Origin: Candidatus Latescibacterota bacterium
GTDB taxonomy: Bacteria; Latescibacterota; UBA2968; UBA8231
Direction: 5' to 3'
Length of the DNA: 64,000 bases
Assembly: GCA_965203175.1 (NCBI GenBank)
Contig: OZ241867.1
Coordinates: 512,001-576,000, forward strand
Both the position numbers and the translations under genes were made by a program. Shown here piece after piece: positions 35,962 through 46,800 of this stretch. The notes below the pieces were generated by a model. That model worked only from the letters and a program-made list of their open reading frames with translations, had not been told where the DNA came from and made no database searches. How positions within the stretch are numbered: position 1 is the stretch's first letter; every line of letters begins with the position of its first letter.

Positions 35962-38478
35962 CTACTGTCCGCGCCGCATATTTTTAAGGTAGGTCTGCGC
36001 CGATTCCAAGTTCGGATCCAAAGATAGGGCGCGTTCGAGGTTCTCAATCGCCTCGTCGGTGCGGCCTAGGTAGAAAAGCGAGGCGGCCATGTTGGTGTGG
36101 TTTTGCGCCTTGGCGTGACCGATATCGATCAGAGTCCGATACAGACCGAGTGCCTCCTCGTAACGCTTCTGCCCGAAACGCACAAAGGCTAAGCGATCGA
36201 GCGCTTCCGTGTTGTGCGGTTCGACTAGCAGGGCGCGTTCGTACTGCTCCGCTGCAACTTTGGTCCGCCCCAGTTCCTGCGATGCCTGACCCATGAGGAC
36301 ATGAAGTCTAGCCGCCATCGGCAGGTCCGATTGCAGAGAGATGGCCTGTGTCAACGCCGCAAGCGCTTCCTCATAGCGCTCCAATTGGAATAGCGCATCG
36401 CCCATGCCGGCATAGGCCAGCGCGTGCTCGGGGTCAATTTCGAGCACTACGCGGTACGACGCGATGGCTTCCTCATGGTGCCCCTGTTTCCTCAGGACCT
36501 CGGCAGTGTTCTGAAGGGTGGCCAGATCGTGCGGCTTCAGTTCTCGGACGCGGAGCAGATATTCGTCGGCTTCCGCAAAACGCTGCTGTGCAATCCGCAG
36601 ACAGGCCAGATATACGAGAGGTTCCACAGTACCGGGGTTGATCTCTATAGCGCGCTGGAAATGTTTTTCCGCTGTCTCGAGCCGGTCCAGCTCAAGCGAC
36701 GCCCGGCCCATAAGGACGTAGAGAACACCCGAGATCGGCTGGTTCGGTTGAAGAGAGACTGCCCTGCTCAGCGACTTGATTGCCTCGTCGTATCGACCGA
36801 GGCGGAACAAAGCATCGCCCATGCCGGCATAAGACAGCGCGTACTCCGGGTCGCTCTTCAGCACAGTGCGGAACGACGCGATGGCTTCCTCATAACGCTC
36901 CTGTCTCCTCAGCACCGAGCCCAAATTATGCTGGGAGGTATTATGGCGAGGATCGAGTTCCAAGGCGCGGAGAACGCTCTCTTCGGCTTCTTTGAGATGG
37001 TTCATTTTTATAAGTGCGAGGGCGAGGGTGGAATGTGCGTTAGCGAAATCTGGGCGCTGTTCCACCGCGATGCGGGCGGCGGCGTGGGCTTCCTCCGCAC
37101 GGTCCGCTTCGGCCAATGCCGCGGCCAGATTGAGATGTGCATCTCGCGCCTCGGGATTGAAAGAGACAATGTGGCTGAAGAGACTGATCTCGTCCCGGTA
37201 GATGCCCGCCTGCTGCCAGGTCATCGCTCCGAGAAGCGCCAAAACGACCACTGCGAGGCCGCACGCGCCCATCCTGAAAGAACTCGCTAGCCTACCCACG
37301 CCATGAACGGCACTACCGATGAGTACCGCCATCACGCCGATGCCGGCCAGATACTGAAAGCGATCAGCGACGAGGGAAAACTGCATGTAGCCGTAATCCA
37401 CAAAACCAAGCACTGGCGACAGCGTCACGGCAAAGAACGCCACCCCGGCCAGTGGCCCACGGCCCAAGCGCTCCCGGCCGAACCAGAGCAGTGCCACAAC
37501 CGCGACGCCGGCAACGACATAGACCCAGGCCAGCGGGTCGCTGATGCTGATATCCCACAGCGGATAAACCACAGCCAGTTCGGTCGGCCACAGCAGTTTA
37601 CCGGCGTAAAACCACAGGGCACGCGCCGCGATGAGCGTCCGCTCGATCAGCGAGTAGCCCAGCGAAAGCGGCTCCCGGGAGGTGTAAAACGACAGGTCTG
37701 CGGCCGTGATGCACAGCGCGACTAGGAAAAACGGCATCAATCGAATCAGGTCGCTCTGTGTTACGCGGCCCCACTGCCACCAGTGATAGATCAGCAGGGT
37801 TGCTGGCAGGGTGACCACAATGGACTTGCTCAACAAACCAGCCACGAACAGCACTAAGACGAGGATATAGCGTTCCCGTCGAGGCTCTTCCACAAATCGG
37901 ATCCAGCCCAGCACCGCGGTCAGATAGAACAGGGCCGAGAGCACATCCTTGCGCTCGATGATCCAAGCGACCGATTCGACGTGCAGGGGATGGACGGCAA
38001 ACACCGCGGCAACCAACCAAGCACCGGGCACACAAAGCCGCAGCAGCAGACGCCACAGCAGCGCCGTGTTGGCAAAGTGCAGCAGAATGTTGACGACGTG
38101 ATAGCCGGTCGGAGCCAACCCCCATAGTTTGTGTTCCAGCCAGAAGGTAGAGTACGTCATGGGCCAATAATGGCCTTCCCCAACGTCTCCTTGCAAATAG
38201 GCACTGCCGGGAGCAAACCACAACTCCGCAATGCCGTCCCAGTCTCGAATGGCCGTCAATGTCGTCACTAGCTTATCGTCCCAGACGAAGCCGGCCTGGG
38301 TAGCGGGAAAATAGCTGACGGCGACCAGCAGAGCGAGAACTAGGAGGGCCAGAGCGTCCCGGCGCGAGAACCCGGTCGCTGTGCAAGGCACGGGTGCCTG
38401 TTGCGTCTTGCTGGGTTCACTCGCCTGAGAGCTGATCCGCCGCGGCGCGTGGTTTCCCCTATTCTTCCGTTTCGCCAT
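35962..38478 (-). CDS. TMTC-like GT-C membrane glycosyltransferase with C-terminal TPR array
   Basis: FVWDD, YHVVNILLH, FAVHPLHVESVAWIIERKDVL, ADRFQYL, then many TPRs. Confidence 0.88.
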   Translation of the reverse strand: MAKRKNRGNHAPRRISSQASEPSKTQQAPVPCTATGFSRRDALALLVLALLVAVSYFPATQAGFVWDDKLVTTLTAIRDWDGIAELWFAPGSAYLQGDVGEGHYWPMTYSTFWLEHKLWGLAPTGYHVVNILLHFANTALLWRLLLRLCVPGAWLVAAVFAVHPLHVESVAWIIERKDVLSALFYLTAVLGWIRFVEEPRRERYILVLVLFVAGLLSKSIVVTLPATLLIYHWWQWGRVTQSDLIRLMPFFLVALCITAADLSFYTSREPLSLGYSLIERTLIAARALWFYAGKLLWPTELAVVYPLWDISISDPLAWVYVVAGVAVVALLWFGRERLGRGPLAGVAFFAVTLSPVLGFVDYGYMQFSLVADRFQYLAGIGVMAVLIGSAVHGVGRLASSFRMGACGLAVVVLALLGAMTWQQAGIYRDEISLFSHIVSFNPEARDAHLNLAAALAEADRAEEAHAAARIAVEQRPDFANAHSTLALALIKMNHLKEAEESVLRALELDPRHNTSQHNLGSVLRRQERYEEAIASFRTVLKSDPEYALSYAGMGDALFRLGRYDEAIKSLSRAVSLQPNQPISGVLYVLMGRASLELDRLETAEKHFQRAIEINPGTVEPLVYLACLRIAQQRFAEADEYLLRVRELKPHDLATLQNTAEVLRKQGHHEEAIASYRVVLEIDPEHALAYAGMGDALFQLERYEEALAALTQAISLQSDLPMAARLHVLMGQASQELGRTKVAAEQYERALLVEPHNTEALDRLAFVRFGQKRYEEALGLYRTLIDIGHAKAQNHTNMAASLFYLGRTDEAIENLERALSLDPNLESAQTYLKNMRRGQ

Positions 38479-38751
38479 TGACTTTGCTCATCTAACCTGC
38501 ATCCGCTACCATCCGATCTGCCGTAGAACGTGGCATGATTTGGAGCCGGACGAGAACGGATTCGTCAAATTGTCTATCACTGAGTTCGGCTCATAGGCCA
38601 CTAGCACCATTGAATTATATTAAAGCAAAACAAAAAGGTCGCCGCCAAGAGACCTTTTGCCGCCAAAGCGCGCGGACAAATTTGCTCTTGACAGGCCCTA
38701 ACTCGCAAAGTAGGTTCCCTAACGTTTTGTTTCTCAACGAGTAAGCTAGCT

Positions 38752-40815
38752 ATGAACTCAGTTAAAGGGGCGTTGTGCGCCTCTCTTTTTTTTCTCAGCT
38801 CCGCCTTGGCCAATCAGCCCTTAGTCGGCGTGTCTTGGAATGCGCCAAGTGAGCTAACCGCGATCGCCGCGCTGAGCGAGCAGGTGCGCTACGTGGCGCG
38901 GAGCGTGGCTTTTGTCGAGGCCAGCGAAAGCGCGGTCGAGGAATTCACAAAGCGGGGATTTGCCATCCTCTGCCTCGACAGGCCACAAGCGAACGACCGC
39001 TATTTTGTCGCCGATCACCTCCATTTTCCTCTACCCCAAGGCATTGAGCTAGTCTTTGATGGAGGGGGCGAATGGGCGCTCTTGCGGGTGGGGCCGACTG
39101 CGCGTTTGCACGAGGCTCCCCATTTCCTCTGGCCGCTGCCCAACAACTACAGCCTAAAAGGGTGGCTAGATGCACCGAGGCGCGCGCCCAAGGCCCTGCA
39201 AACGGCCTCGCCGGCTGTGGCGGCCCTCATCGAGGAAGTCGCAGCCGAGCGCTTGCAAGCCCACGTCGAAGCCCTCGCCCTAAAAGACCCGGCCTTGGGC
39301 AGCATCCCCGGCAACATCCGCAGCCGCTTTGCCGTGCATCCAGAGATACTCGAATCAACCGAATACATCCGCTCGCAATTGGCCGCGGTCCTCGGCGACG
39401 GAGCAGTCGAACTGCATTCCTTCCCCATTGACTCTCAGCGCGTCATCTCCCACACTTCGCGTCGGGGCAACCAGGGAAAGGCACCAAGCGATACCACCGC
39501 GTACAACGTCATCGGCACGTTGGCTGGCACCGACCCAGAGGCTGGGTACTACATCGTCTGCGCCCACTACGACGCCACGGGCGTACGCTCAGCCGGGGGT
39601 TGGGACTGGCAACGCGACCCAGCACCCGGTGCCGACGACAATGCCAGCGGCGTGGCCTTGGTCTTGGAGAGCGCTCGGCTGCTGGCTGGACAGCAATTCC
39701 CTTGGTCCATCCGCTTTATCGCTTGGTCGGGCGAGGAATTGGGGCTGTTGGGAAGCCAAGCGTACGCGGATTTGGCGGCCGAGCGCGCCGACAACATTCT
39801 CGGCGTCCTCAACTTCGACATGATCGGCTTTAACGACTTGCAGCAACGGCTGGAGGTAGTGACGAATCCCGGTTCGCAGTGGCTAGCCACCGAGATGGGG
39901 GCCGTCGCCGAGCGCTACGGAATCGGTCTGGATATCGACGTGTTCGAAGACGCAGGCTCGCGCATCAGCGACCACGCGCCGTTTTGGATGTGGGGCTACG
40001 ACGCGATAGTTGGCATTGAAAACCACATGCCCTCGGACACGACGACCTACGGGGTGCGCGAGGGGGTCTATCGGATCAACTCGCAGTACCATACGGTCGT
40101 CGATTTGCCCGATAGCATCAATTGGGAGCTAGTGCGCCGCACCACCCAGCTAGCCGTGGCCACATTGGCCCAGTACGGGTTGGGGGAGGGCATGCCAAAC
40201 TTGGCGGTCTTCACCGACGATCTGCGCAGCGACCGCGCGGACGATCTCCGCGTCCGCGTCAACAACATCGGGCTGGGCGCGGTCGCCAGCAGTTTCTCGG
40301 TGCAAATCTCGCAATGCGCACTGGACTCCAGCCAGTGCGAGGTCATCCACCGCGCACATACTCCGGAGGAATTAGCCCCTGGCGCGAGCGCGGAATTGCA
40401 CATTCCCTGGCAGCGATTTGGCGAGATGGTCTTTTTGATCGAGGTCGATGCAGAAGGGCAAATCGGCGAGGTCAGCGAAGCGGACAACCGCGTCTTCCAG
40501 CGCCTGCGCCTAGTGCCGCAGTCGAAAATCGCGGTCTTTCCCAACCCCTTTCGCCTTGGCAACGGCAGCGCGCTCCGCTTCAGCGGCGTGCCCCTCAAAG
40601 CCGCGGTGCGGATTTTTGGGCCAGCGGGCGATCTAGTGTGGGAAGCGATTGAGGACGACAACGCCCAGCGGCGCTTGGGAACCTTGGCCAACGAGGTGCT
40701 GTGGTACGGGGTCAACCACACCAATATACCGGTCGGCAACGGCGTCTATATCTACGCGATCCACTCCCCTGAAGGCACCCTGCTAATGAGGGACAAAATC
40801 GCAGTTGTGCGTTAA
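38752..40815 (+). CDS. Secreted M28 metallopeptidase with CARDB-like domain and T9SS/FlgD-like C-terminal domain
   Basis: Signal peptide, CAHYD, GADDNASG, GEELGLLGS, NFDMIG, SDH, YHT, EVSEADN, FPNPF...GVYIY...KIAVVR. Confidence 0.88.
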   Translation: MNSVKGALCASLFFLSSALANQPLVGVSWNAPSELTAIAALSEQVRYVARSVAFVEASESAVEEFTKRGFAILCLDRPQANDRYFVADHLHFPLPQGIELVFDGGGEWALLRVGPTARLHEAPHFLWPLPNNYSLKGWLDAPRRAPKALQTASPAVAALIEEVAAERLQAHVEALALKDPALGSIPGNIRSRFAVHPEILESTEYIRSQLAAVLGDGAVELHSFPIDSQRVISHTSRRGNQGKAPSDTTAYNVIGTLAGTDPEAGYYIVCAHYDATGVRSAGGWDWQRDPAPGADDNASGVALVLESARLLAGQQFPWSIRFIAWSGEELGLLGSQAYADLAAERADNILGVLNFDMIGFNDLQQRLEVVTNPGSQWLATEMGAVAERYGIGLDIDVFEDAGSRISDHAPFWMWGYDAIVGIENHMPSDTTTYGVREGVYRINSQYHTVVDLPDSINWELVRRTTQLAVATLAQYGLGEGMPNLAVFTDDLRSDRADDLRVRVNNIGLGAVASSFSVQISQCALDSSQCEVIHRAHTPEELAPGASAELHIPWQRFGEMVFLIEVDAEGQIGEVSEADNRVFQRLRLVPQSKIAVFPNPFRLGNGSALRFSGVPLKAAVRIFGPAGDLVWEAIEDDNAQRRLGTLANEVLWYGVNHTNIPVGNGVYIYAIHSPEGTLLMRDKIAVVR

Positions 40816-40848
40816 AAACACACTTTTGGTGTTGAAGAAGAGGAACTT

Positions 40849-41487
40849 GTGATCCACGCAATTTTGTGGGATAATGATGGCGTGCTGGTAGATACCGAGG
40901 GGCTGTACTTTCAGGCGGGGCAGGAGGTCATGGCAACACAGGGTGTTGAACTGACGCAGGAGGATTTTGTCGAGCAGTCATTGCAAAAGGGGCAAAGCGT
41001 ATTTGACCTATTGCCCAACCAAGATGCTGAATTAATTGATCAACTGCGCCTGCAGCGCAATGCGCGCTACAGTGCGTTGTTGCGGGAGCGCGTGCGGGTT
41101 TTGGATGGAGTACTGGAAACGCTCCAGACCTTACACGGCCGCGTGCTCATGGGGGTGGTGACGGGGTCGCGGAGAGATCACTTTGACATTATCCATGCCC
41201 ATACGAATCTGCTGCAATTTTTCGAGTTTGTCGTCGCGCGGGAAGACTACAAAGAAGCAAAGCCCCATCCCGATGCGTACTTGACGGCCATGCAACTACA
41301 TGGGTTAGAACCTGAGACATGTGTCGTCGTGGAAGATTCTGAGCGGGGATGCGTAGCAGCAGCAAAGGCTGGATTGCGCGTGCTGGCCGTGCCAAATGAG
41401 TTGTCGCAACACGGCGACTTTTCGCCTGCGTACAAAGTACTAGGATCGGTGCGCGAGGTGATGGACGAAGTAGAAAAGTTGCGTTGA
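40849..41487 (+). CDS. HAD-family phosphatase
   Basis: WDNDGVLVDTE, VVTGS, KPHPD, VEDS. Confidence 0.92.
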   Translation: MIHAILWDNDGVLVDTEGLYFQAGQEVMATQGVELTQEDFVEQSLQKGQSVFDLLPNQDAELIDQLRLQRNARYSALLRERVRVLDGVLETLQTLHGRVLMGVVTGSRRDHFDIIHAHTNLLQFFEFVVAREDYKEAKPHPDAYLTAMQLHGLEPETCVVVEDSERGCVAAAKAGLRVLAVPNELSQHGDFSPAYKVLGSVREVMDEVEKLR

Positions 41488-41521
41488 CAGTTTTTTCGCC
41501 CAGCCATGGGATCTTCCCAAC

Positions 41522-42217
41522 TCAGCTTCCCAACGGACAACCCTCACACCGCTCTTCCGTCCCACAAAATTCCAACTCACACGTCAGCAGCGCGTCCACG
41601 TGCCGTTTCCAGTCTGCGGGATAGCGCAGCGTCCCTTCCAAGCGGAAACCGCTGACCAAAGAGCGCAGCAGGGCAAAGCGCGTCTCGCGGTCGGCGACTT
41701 TGGCGCGCACTCGCTGGCGCGCCTCAGCCAAGCAGTCGAGATACGCAGCAAATTCCCCGTCGAAAATCTCTTCGAAATCTTGCCGCAAGCGACTGGATAG
41801 CGCAGGACTGGCATTAGAGGTAGAGATGCTCAGCCGCAAGTGGCCCGGATGCACCAAGGCCACCATGCCGATATTGGAATAGGCCGGGTTGTCGTAGGAG
41901 TTGATCAGGGCCTTGCGCTCCGTGGCGAGTTCGTACACCCGCGCCGTCAGCGCGCTATCGCGCACGGTATTCAGCACCAAGAACACGCCTTCGAGGTCGG
42001 ACTCCGCAAAGCAACGCGGGTGGTGGGTAAGGCGTCCCGCCGCGGCCCATTCGACGAGCGCGGGCGTCGCACTTGGGCTTACCACCGTCAACCGCGCACC
42101 CGCGGCTAGCAAGCGACCGACCTTGTCCTCGGCCTCGCGTCCCCCGCCGATGACCAAGCAGGGCTGCTCCATCACGTCGAGCCCCACTTGGAAATAGGGA
42201 TTGAGCAACTCGCTCAC
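41522..42217 (-). CDS. Precorrin-2 dehydrogenase/sirohydrochlorin ferrochelatase (CysG N-terminal/Met8/SirC-like)
   Basis: CLVIGGGREAEDK, LINSYDNP, ISTSNASPALSSRLR. Confidence 0.85.
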   Translation of the reverse strand: MSELLNPYFQVGLDVMEQPCLVIGGGREAEDKVGRLLAAGARLTVVSPSATPALVEWAAAGRLTHHPRCFAESDLEGVFLVLNTVRDSALTARVYELATERKALINSYDNPAYSNIGMVALVHPGHLRLSISTSNASPALSSRLRQDFEEIFDGEFAAYLDCLAEARQRVRAKVADRETRFALLRSLVSGFRLEGTLRYPADWKRHVDALLTCELEFCGTEERCEGCPLGS

Positions 42218-42636
42218 GCGCCCGAACCGCCGCTTAGGGCCGCGTAACCTTTGTCGTCGCTGGCACCAGATTCGACCGGGAAGCCGAGATCCAGCCAGCC
42301 GCGCTCAGTGCGCGACCCACCAAATCCAGCGGTGACATTGGCCACATCCGTGAAACCAGCGGCGGCGAGCGCCTCACAAGCGCGCATGGAGCGCGCGCCC
42401 GACTGGCAGCCGACGAGCAGCTTGGCATCCGTGGCAAAATTGGCTTGAACGACCTGGACGAAGTCGAGGTTGGGAACCATGCCCGCGGCGTGGCGTTGCA
42501 TGATGGGAATGTTGAACGCGCCGGCCGGATGGCCGTTCTCGTATTCGGGGATGGAGCGGACGTCGATATAAACCGCGCCCGCGTCGCCTTCGAGCAGTTC
42601 CTTCGCCTCAGTGGGACTGACGTTTTGATAGCTCAC
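42214..42636 (-). CDS. Rhodanese-like domain protein
   Basis: IDVRSIPEYENGHPAGA, GCQSGARS. Confidence 0.92.
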   Translation of the reverse strand: MSYQNVSPTEAKELLEGDAGAVYIDVRSIPEYENGHPAGAFNIPIMQRHAAGMVPNLDFVQVVQANFATDAKLLVGCQSGARSMRACEALAAAGFTDVANVTAGFGGSRTERGWLDLGFPVESGASDDKGYAALSGGSGA

Positions 42637-42746
42637 GATACTTTATCTCCATTTGACAATGTCCGCTTTGCAGAGTTGGATTATTACATAAGGTAACGCA
42701 CTACTTTCGCCATCTACAAGCCCACAGACTCCGGAGAAAGACGATT

Positions 42747-43883
42747 TTGAACGCATGGCACAGGGCTGGCGTACTGTTATTGGCTGTAGTTTTGGGAGCT
42801 TGCAGTGTGCAAGTGGGTGGGCAAGACGAGGGCGACGACGCAGACCCAGCGGCCCAAGCCGACAGCACGGCCGCCGATAGCCTCTCCAAGCCCATAGAAG
42901 CAGTACCCGTCGAAGTCGCCCTCGCACACACGGGCGAGATTTCCGCGCATTTGCTCTTCAACTCGACCATCGAAACCGAGGCGGCCGTCGAGATTTACCC
43001 CCAAATCAGCGGCCTCGTCAAACAGCTCAACGTCGAGGAAGGCGATCGCGTCGAAGTGGGCGACACCCTCCTCAGCATCGAAGACAAGCAGTTGCGCATC
43101 GCCGTTGAAGAGGCCCAAGCCAACTACCAGTATCAGCAGACTGGCTTCAAGCGCACCGAGGCCATGTTCGAGCGCAACCTCATCAGCGACCAAGAGTTTG
43201 AGACCAACAAATACAACTTTGAACAATCTCGCCTCAGGCTAGAGCGCGCTCGCCTAGAGCTGGAATACGCAGAAGTCCTCGCGCCGTTCTCCGGCGTGAT
43301 CACCGAGCGCTACGTGCAGGTCGGCGCTCGGGTGGGGCCGAGTAGCAAGCTCTATGACCTCATCAAACTCGACGACCTCATCGCCCGCGTCTTTGCACCC
43401 GGCCAGTACCTCACCACCATCGGCAACGGCCAGCAGGCCCTTATCACCTCGGACTTTTTGCCCGACAAGCGCTTCCACGGCTGGGTCAAGCGCATTAGCC
43501 CCGTAGTCGATCCCAGAAGCGGCACCTTCAAGGTCACGGTAGGACTGCGCGACCGCTGGGAGTACTTGCGGCCCGGCCTCTTCGTCAACGTGCGCATCGT
43601 CACCGACACGCACACCGACGCCGTATTGATACCCAAGCAGGCCATCGTGTACGATGGCGGCGACCGGTTCGTGTTCGCCGTCGTGGACACCACGGCCGCG
43701 CGGATCAAGTTGCAGCCTGGGTTCGAGGACACCGACTTTATCGAGTCGCTCGCCGGCATCGACTCCGGCACCCCGATCATCGTCGTCGGGCAAAATGGCC
43801 TCAAGGACCGCACGCGAGTGCGCATAGTCAACTCAGCCGACGACGGCTCGGCTGAGCTCTCCGAAGACGCGGGCCAAGGCTAG
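42747..43883 (+). CDS. RND efflux periplasmic adaptor (lipoprotein)
   Basis: Lipobox LGAC, VEEGDRV, APFSGVI, ISPVVD, LRPGLF, IPKQAI. Confidence 0.92.
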   Translation: MNAWHRAGVLLLAVVLGACSVQVGGQDEGDDADPAAQADSTAADSLSKPIEAVPVEVALAHTGEISAHLLFNSTIETEAAVEIYPQISGLVKQLNVEEGDRVEVGDTLLSIEDKQLRIAVEEAQANYQYQQTGFKRTEAMFERNLISDQEFETNKYNFEQSRLRLERARLELEYAEVLAPFSGVITERYVQVGARVGPSSKLYDLIKLDDLIARVFAPGQYLTTIGNGQQALITSDFLPDKRFHGWVKRISPVVDPRSGTFKVTVGLRDRWEYLRPGLFVNVRIVTDTHTDAVLIPKQAIVYDGGDRFVFAVVDTTAARIKLQPGFEDTDFIESLAGIDSGTPIIVVGQNGLKDRTRVRIVNSADDGSAELSEDAGQG

Positions 43884-43891
43884 GCTTCGGC

Positions 43892-46800
43892 ATGAGCTCA
43901 GCCGAACGGCCCCTGCAGCAGCCCGTTAGCACATCTCGCTTCGCTATTGCAACCCGGCGGCCAGTCGCCATTCTCATGGTGGTGCTGGCCGTCTGCGTTT
44001 TTGGCTGGGTCTCCTATCAGCGGCTCTCGCTGAACCTAATGCCCGACATCTCCTATCCGACTCTGACGGTGCGCACCGAATATCCAGGCACGGCACCGGA
44101 GGAAGTCGAGACCCTGCTCTCCCGCCCTTTGGAGCAGGAACTGGGCATTGTACCGCACCTCGTCAACATCAGCTCCATCTCCAAGGCCGGGCAGTCGGAC
44201 ATCATCCTCGAATTTGAATGGGACACCGACATGAACGCGATGTCCCAAGAAATCCGCGAGAAGGCCGACCGCGTCTGGCTGCCCCAAGACGCCGAGAAAC
44301 CCCTCCTGCTGCGCTACGACCCCTCGTTAGACCCGATCATGCGCATTGGCCTGCACGGCCCGCAGGATCTCTACGCGCTGCGCTACCTCGCCGAGCACGA
44401 AATCAAGCGCGAACTGGAAGCTCTGGTCGGAGTAGCAGCGGTCAAAATCAAGGGCGGCTTGGAAGAGGAGATCCACGTCGCACTCAACGAGCGCCAAATC
44501 TCGGTGATGGGCTTGGACATCAACCAGATCAACAACCGCCTAGCTCAGAACAACGTCAATCTGCCCGGCGGCAACTTGCGCGAGGGTCAAGTCGAATACC
44601 TGATCCGCACGCTCAACGAGTTCGCCACCGTCGATGAGATCGCCGAGTTGATCGTGGCGCGGCAGGGCGACGCCGATGTTTATCTGCGCGATATTGCCAA
44701 GGTCTCCCGCTCGCACAAGGACCGCGAGATCATCACCCGAGTCAACGGCCGCGAGAGCGTCGAGATCGAAATTTACAAGGAAGCCGACGCCAACATCGTC
44801 GCCGTCGCCGACAGGGTTCGCAACGCGCTCTTCGGCTTGCCAGAGCAGCGTGCGTACGTGGAGCAGAAGACCCGCGAAGCCCAAGAAATGGCCAAGCGCA
44901 GCGAGGAGCAAAAAAAGCAAGAGCAAGAGGAAGCGCGAAAAAAGCAAGAGGCTGCAAAAGCCGATTCGACAAAGAACGAGGAAGAGCAAAAAAAGGAGCT
45001 GGAAAAGAAAAAGCAGGAGGAAGCCCGCAAGGCGATGGAGCATTTGCGGATGACCGACTTCATCGGCCACCGCCTGCCCCCAGGAGCCAAGCTGGAGATT
45101 TTGTCCGACCAGTCGGGTTTTATCGAGAATTCGATCACCGAGGTCCAAATCAATGCGATCATCGGCGGGACGATGGCCGTGCTAGTGCTCTTGGTGTTCT
45201 TGCGCAACGTGGTCCACACGCTGATCGTCGGCCTGACGATCCCAGTGTCGATCATGGCGACCTTCGCGCCGATGTACATGTTCGACGTGTCGCTCAATAT
45301 CATGTCGCTCGGCGGGTTGGCCCTCGGAATCGGGATGCTGGTCGACAACTCGATCGTGGTGCTGGAGAGCATCTTCCGCTGTCGGGAGGAGGGCGACGAT
45401 CTGGTCCAAGCCACCGTTCGCGGCACCAGCGAGGTCGGTACCGCGGTGTTGGCCTCGACGCTGACGACGATCACGGTGTTTTTTCCCATCGTCTTCGTCG
45501 AGGGCGTAGCCGGGCAGATCTTCGGCGACATGGCGCTGACGGTCGTGTTCTCGCTGTTGGCCTCGTTGGGGGTGGCGCTGTACTTCATTCCCATGCTGGC
45601 CTCGCGCCAAATCGACCGCCAAGGCGGATTGGCCGAGCAGATCGGCCGCAGTGACTTTTTGCGCCTCCAGGCACTGAGCCGGGCCCGCGCGGTATTAAGT
45701 GAGCCGGGGAGCCGATGGCGCAAGGCGGCGCAGGTGGCCCTTTCGCTGCCTTACCTAGTCGGCGAGGTATTGTTGCGGGTGGGGCTGGCCGCAGCAACCC
45801 TCGTCGCGGCGCTGATCAAAGGAGCCTTTCTGCTCGTCGCCGAGCTGTTGTGGTGGCTAATCAAACCCGTCGAGTTCTTCTGGTTCAAGCGCGAGCAGAC
45901 CTTTCAGAGTTGGTTGGGCGCTTGGGCCGCGGAAAGCCGCGTCGGCCAGTGGACCTTCTTCGAGCGCGTCTGGCCGGGCATCCTCGGCTTTGAGTCGCCG
46001 CGCATCCTCGGCGAGACTGTACAGCGCTACTGGCGTTGGGTGAACAGGTCCGAGCACTTAGCGTGGAAGATACTCAAATCCTTGTCGCTACCGCTGGTGT
46101 TGTTCTATCTGGTGGCTATGCGCTTCGTCTTTGGCACGGCGCTCAGGCTGGTGGGCATCGTCCTGCAAGTGGTGCTGATGCTCGTCGGGCTGGTGCTGGT
46201 GCTGGCACTGTGTCTGTTGGGCATGGCGCTGATGCCAGTCTTTTTGCCGTTGCTGTTCGTTTTTGAACGCGGCTTCGGGCTGGTGCAGCAGACCTATCCG
46301 GCCCTGTTGGGCTGGGCGCTCAGGCAGCGCTTGCTGATTATCGGCGGTGCCCTAGCTGCCCTGTTGGTCTGCTGGTACAAACTCCTGCCCGAACTGGGCA
46401 CCGAACTGATTCCCCAAGTCCACCAAGCTGAATTCAACCTCGACCTCAGACTGCCGGTGGGTACGCCGCTGGAAGAGACCGCCGAGATCGTGCGCCAGAT
46501 CGAAGAACTCGCAGGCAAACAGCCCCAAGTCGCGCGCGTGGCGACGACCGTGGGCACCGACCGGTCGGCGAGTTCCTCGGCCGAAGAAGGCGAGCACACC
46601 GCGCAAGTAACAATCCGCATGCAGGAGGGGTCCAGCGCCGCACAAGAAGCCGCGTTAATTCGACATCTGCGGGACGAGGTTGACGAGATCCCCGAAATCG
46701 AGGTCGAAGTCTCTCATCCGGCGCTGTTTAGCTTTAAGACACCCATTGAGGTCGAGATTCGCGGCTACAATCTGCGCCAGTTGCGCCAGTTGAGCTTAGA

